Shown here: positions 61,968 through 64,000 of the stretch, in pieces
How the letters are laid out: each line of letters opens with the position of its first letter
How positions within the stretch are numbered: position 1 is the first letter of the stretch
From: Balanoglossus misakiensis
Lineage: Eukaryota > Animalia > Hemichordata
DNA length: 64,000 nt
Reading direction: 5' to 3'
Assembly: GCA_040954595.2 (NCBI GenBank)
Contig: CM082590.2
Coordinates: forward strand, 5,022,001 to 5,086,000
Program-made: the position numbers and the translations under genes
Notes under the pieces: model-generated
Seen by the model: only the letters and a program-made list of their open reading frames with translations
Told to the model about the DNA's origin: nothing
Database searches by the model: none

Positions 61968-64000
61968 AATTAGTTAATTTTATATAGCGAAGTGTCAACG
62001 AAAACCATTATCCAATCCGCTTTACAATAAATACATAGTAAGAAAATGAGAAAATGTTACCAAAAAGAAGAGAAAAATACGTATAACCTCAAATGAAAAT
62101 ATACAAATAGTGTCCATACTACAAAGTGCTAACAGTTCAGCGTGAAACAGACCCAAACGGTGTTCATTTACTTGCTGCTAAAAATGGAAACAGACACCTA
62201 GAATTTACCAAAAAGGTAAGTTTTTAGGTCTGCCTTGAACTGTTTGTATGTTTCTGCTTTTCTCAATCCTATTGGTAATCCATTCCACCTTTTAGGGCCC
62301 TGAACACTGAATGCCCTATCTGCGAAGGTTTTACGAAATGTTCTTGGAATCTCGTATGAACTTTCAGAATTACAACTTGACCGAAGTCCTACACGCCTGA
62401 CTGCAGATGGAGTTAACATAGATATTAAGTACTCTGGTGCTTCATTACGATTGCATTTAAACATTAAACAACATATTTTATAATCAATTTTGAGATGCAC
62501 ATGTAGCCAATGTAGAATTTTCAAGCATTCGGTGGCACTGTCATATTTACTTTTGTCCAGAATTGTCTTAGCTGCCATGTTTTGAATCCGCTGTAGTTTC
62601 TTTATGTCACATTCCGGAAGTCCTGCATAAAGAGAGTTAGCATAGTCCAGATGTGAAAAAATCATGCCTGATGCTATGATTTTCCTTGCATCAAGATTCA
62701 AGTATTGTTTAATTAGCTTCAATCTTTGTATATTTCCTGCTGCAATTGCGCACTTCCTCGAGATGTTCTTCCTCATCGACAGATGTTCGTCGAGATCAAA
62801 GCCAAGGTATTTTATCACCGGCGACCGTTCGATGTCACATTCATTGACCGTTAACGTCTTCGACACAACCTTCTGCAGATGTACTCTTGACCCAAAACAT
62901 ATGAATTCTGTTTTACTGTCATTCATCTTCAACCGATTTTCATCCATCCAGATTTTAACCTCCTTTAAACAGTCCTCGAGATCGTTCATTGTTACAAATT
63001 CCAGACTCCTAGACTTAGCTGGAAATAGACGTTTCAAGGCATGGTCATCTGCATATCCATGTATGTCAATTGATGTTGGTATCACATTTCTCAGAGTACT
63101 CGCATACACACTGTATAATGTTGGCCCAGCACAACTGCCTTGTGGTACGGAGAAGTCTTTGTTCCTAATGTCAGAGTAGGCATTTCCTACACATACCTTG
63201 AAACCTCTAGGTCTCAGATAAGATGAAAACCATTCCAATACATGTCCGTCGATACCATACAGTTGCTTTAAAACATTTAACAATACTTCGTGATCCACTG
63301 TATCGAAGGCCGCGCTTAAATCGATCGCGGCAAGAGCTGTGATTTTTTGTTCCTCCATTCCCCACAAAATATCGTCAGTTAACTTGAGCAAGGCAGTTTC
63401 ACAACTGAAATTCACTGTATAAGCTGACTGGTATTCTGGAAAGAGTTGACACCGTTTACAGTGTTCGTTAAATTGTTGTAACGCTATTTTTTCTAACACC
63501 TTAGAGAGAAATGCCAAATTGCTGACCGGCCTATAGTTTGATGAAATCAAATCTAGTCCAGTCTTCTTAAGCAACGGCCTGACCACTGCGTACTTCCACG
63601 CTTTCACAAACACACCTTGTTGTAGTGATGCGTTAATCAACTGAGTAATGTGTGGAACCATTCCTTTTAGCACGTCTTTAAGGAATTTTGTTGGTATGAT
63701 GTCCAGCTCACAGGATTTTGTCGGCAATTCTTTGATGATTTTTTCTACAGTGTCCTCATCCACTAGTTCGAATTGGTGGAAAGATGGGACTTCTCTGTAT
63801 GGCGGGATGTATTTGTTATTATTTGCCAACGATTCTCTGATTTTGAGTATTTTTTTGCAGGAAGAAATCGGCAAAGTCATTTGCTAGTTCTTCGTTTGAT
63901 TTCCCTTCTGGCATTGGGTTGATGTCTTTTTTTCCAATTAGGTTGTTAACGATTTGGTATAATTTCTTAGTGTCTGATCTTGACTCCAAAATCTTAGAAC
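61968..64000 (-). mobile_element. L2/CR1-group LINE (RT ORF 62198-63880), continuing past the right edge
   Basis: NYRPVSNL, QSAY, DLSAAFDTVDH, VPQGS, YADD, LHWL and RAFSVQGPKRWNGLP are present. The 3' UTR ends at ~61968. Confidence 0.92.

Overview
AT-rich, intron-containing animal DNA, probably a marine invertebrate deuterostome (inferred only from the repeat and gene content). No rRNA, tRNA gene or CRISPR array was seen. Reading splice sites by eye gives four host-type loci, all on the minus strand: (1) the first two exons of an ankyrin-repeat gene that runs off the left edge; (2) an orphan hnRNP A/B PY-NLS exon with an in-frame stop; (3) a four-exon, probably GPI-anchored protein built from two copies of an unrecognised ~135-aa Cys-containing domain; and (4) an ANK-LRR-Roc-COR (ROCO) gene with one in-frame TAA. 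Most of the rest is nested mobile DNA. It includes a 4.7-kb palindromic Academ-like element made of two 5' halves, and a decayed stand-alone tyrosine recombinase gene. It also includes a Ngaro/DIRS-order retroelement whose terminal B-A repeat is amplified into a 2.3-kb array and which is interrupted by a Rex1/Babar LINE and a Gypsy element. L2/CR1 LINEs and many MITEs make up the remainder. All coordinates were counted by hand and family names come from motif recognition, not database searches.
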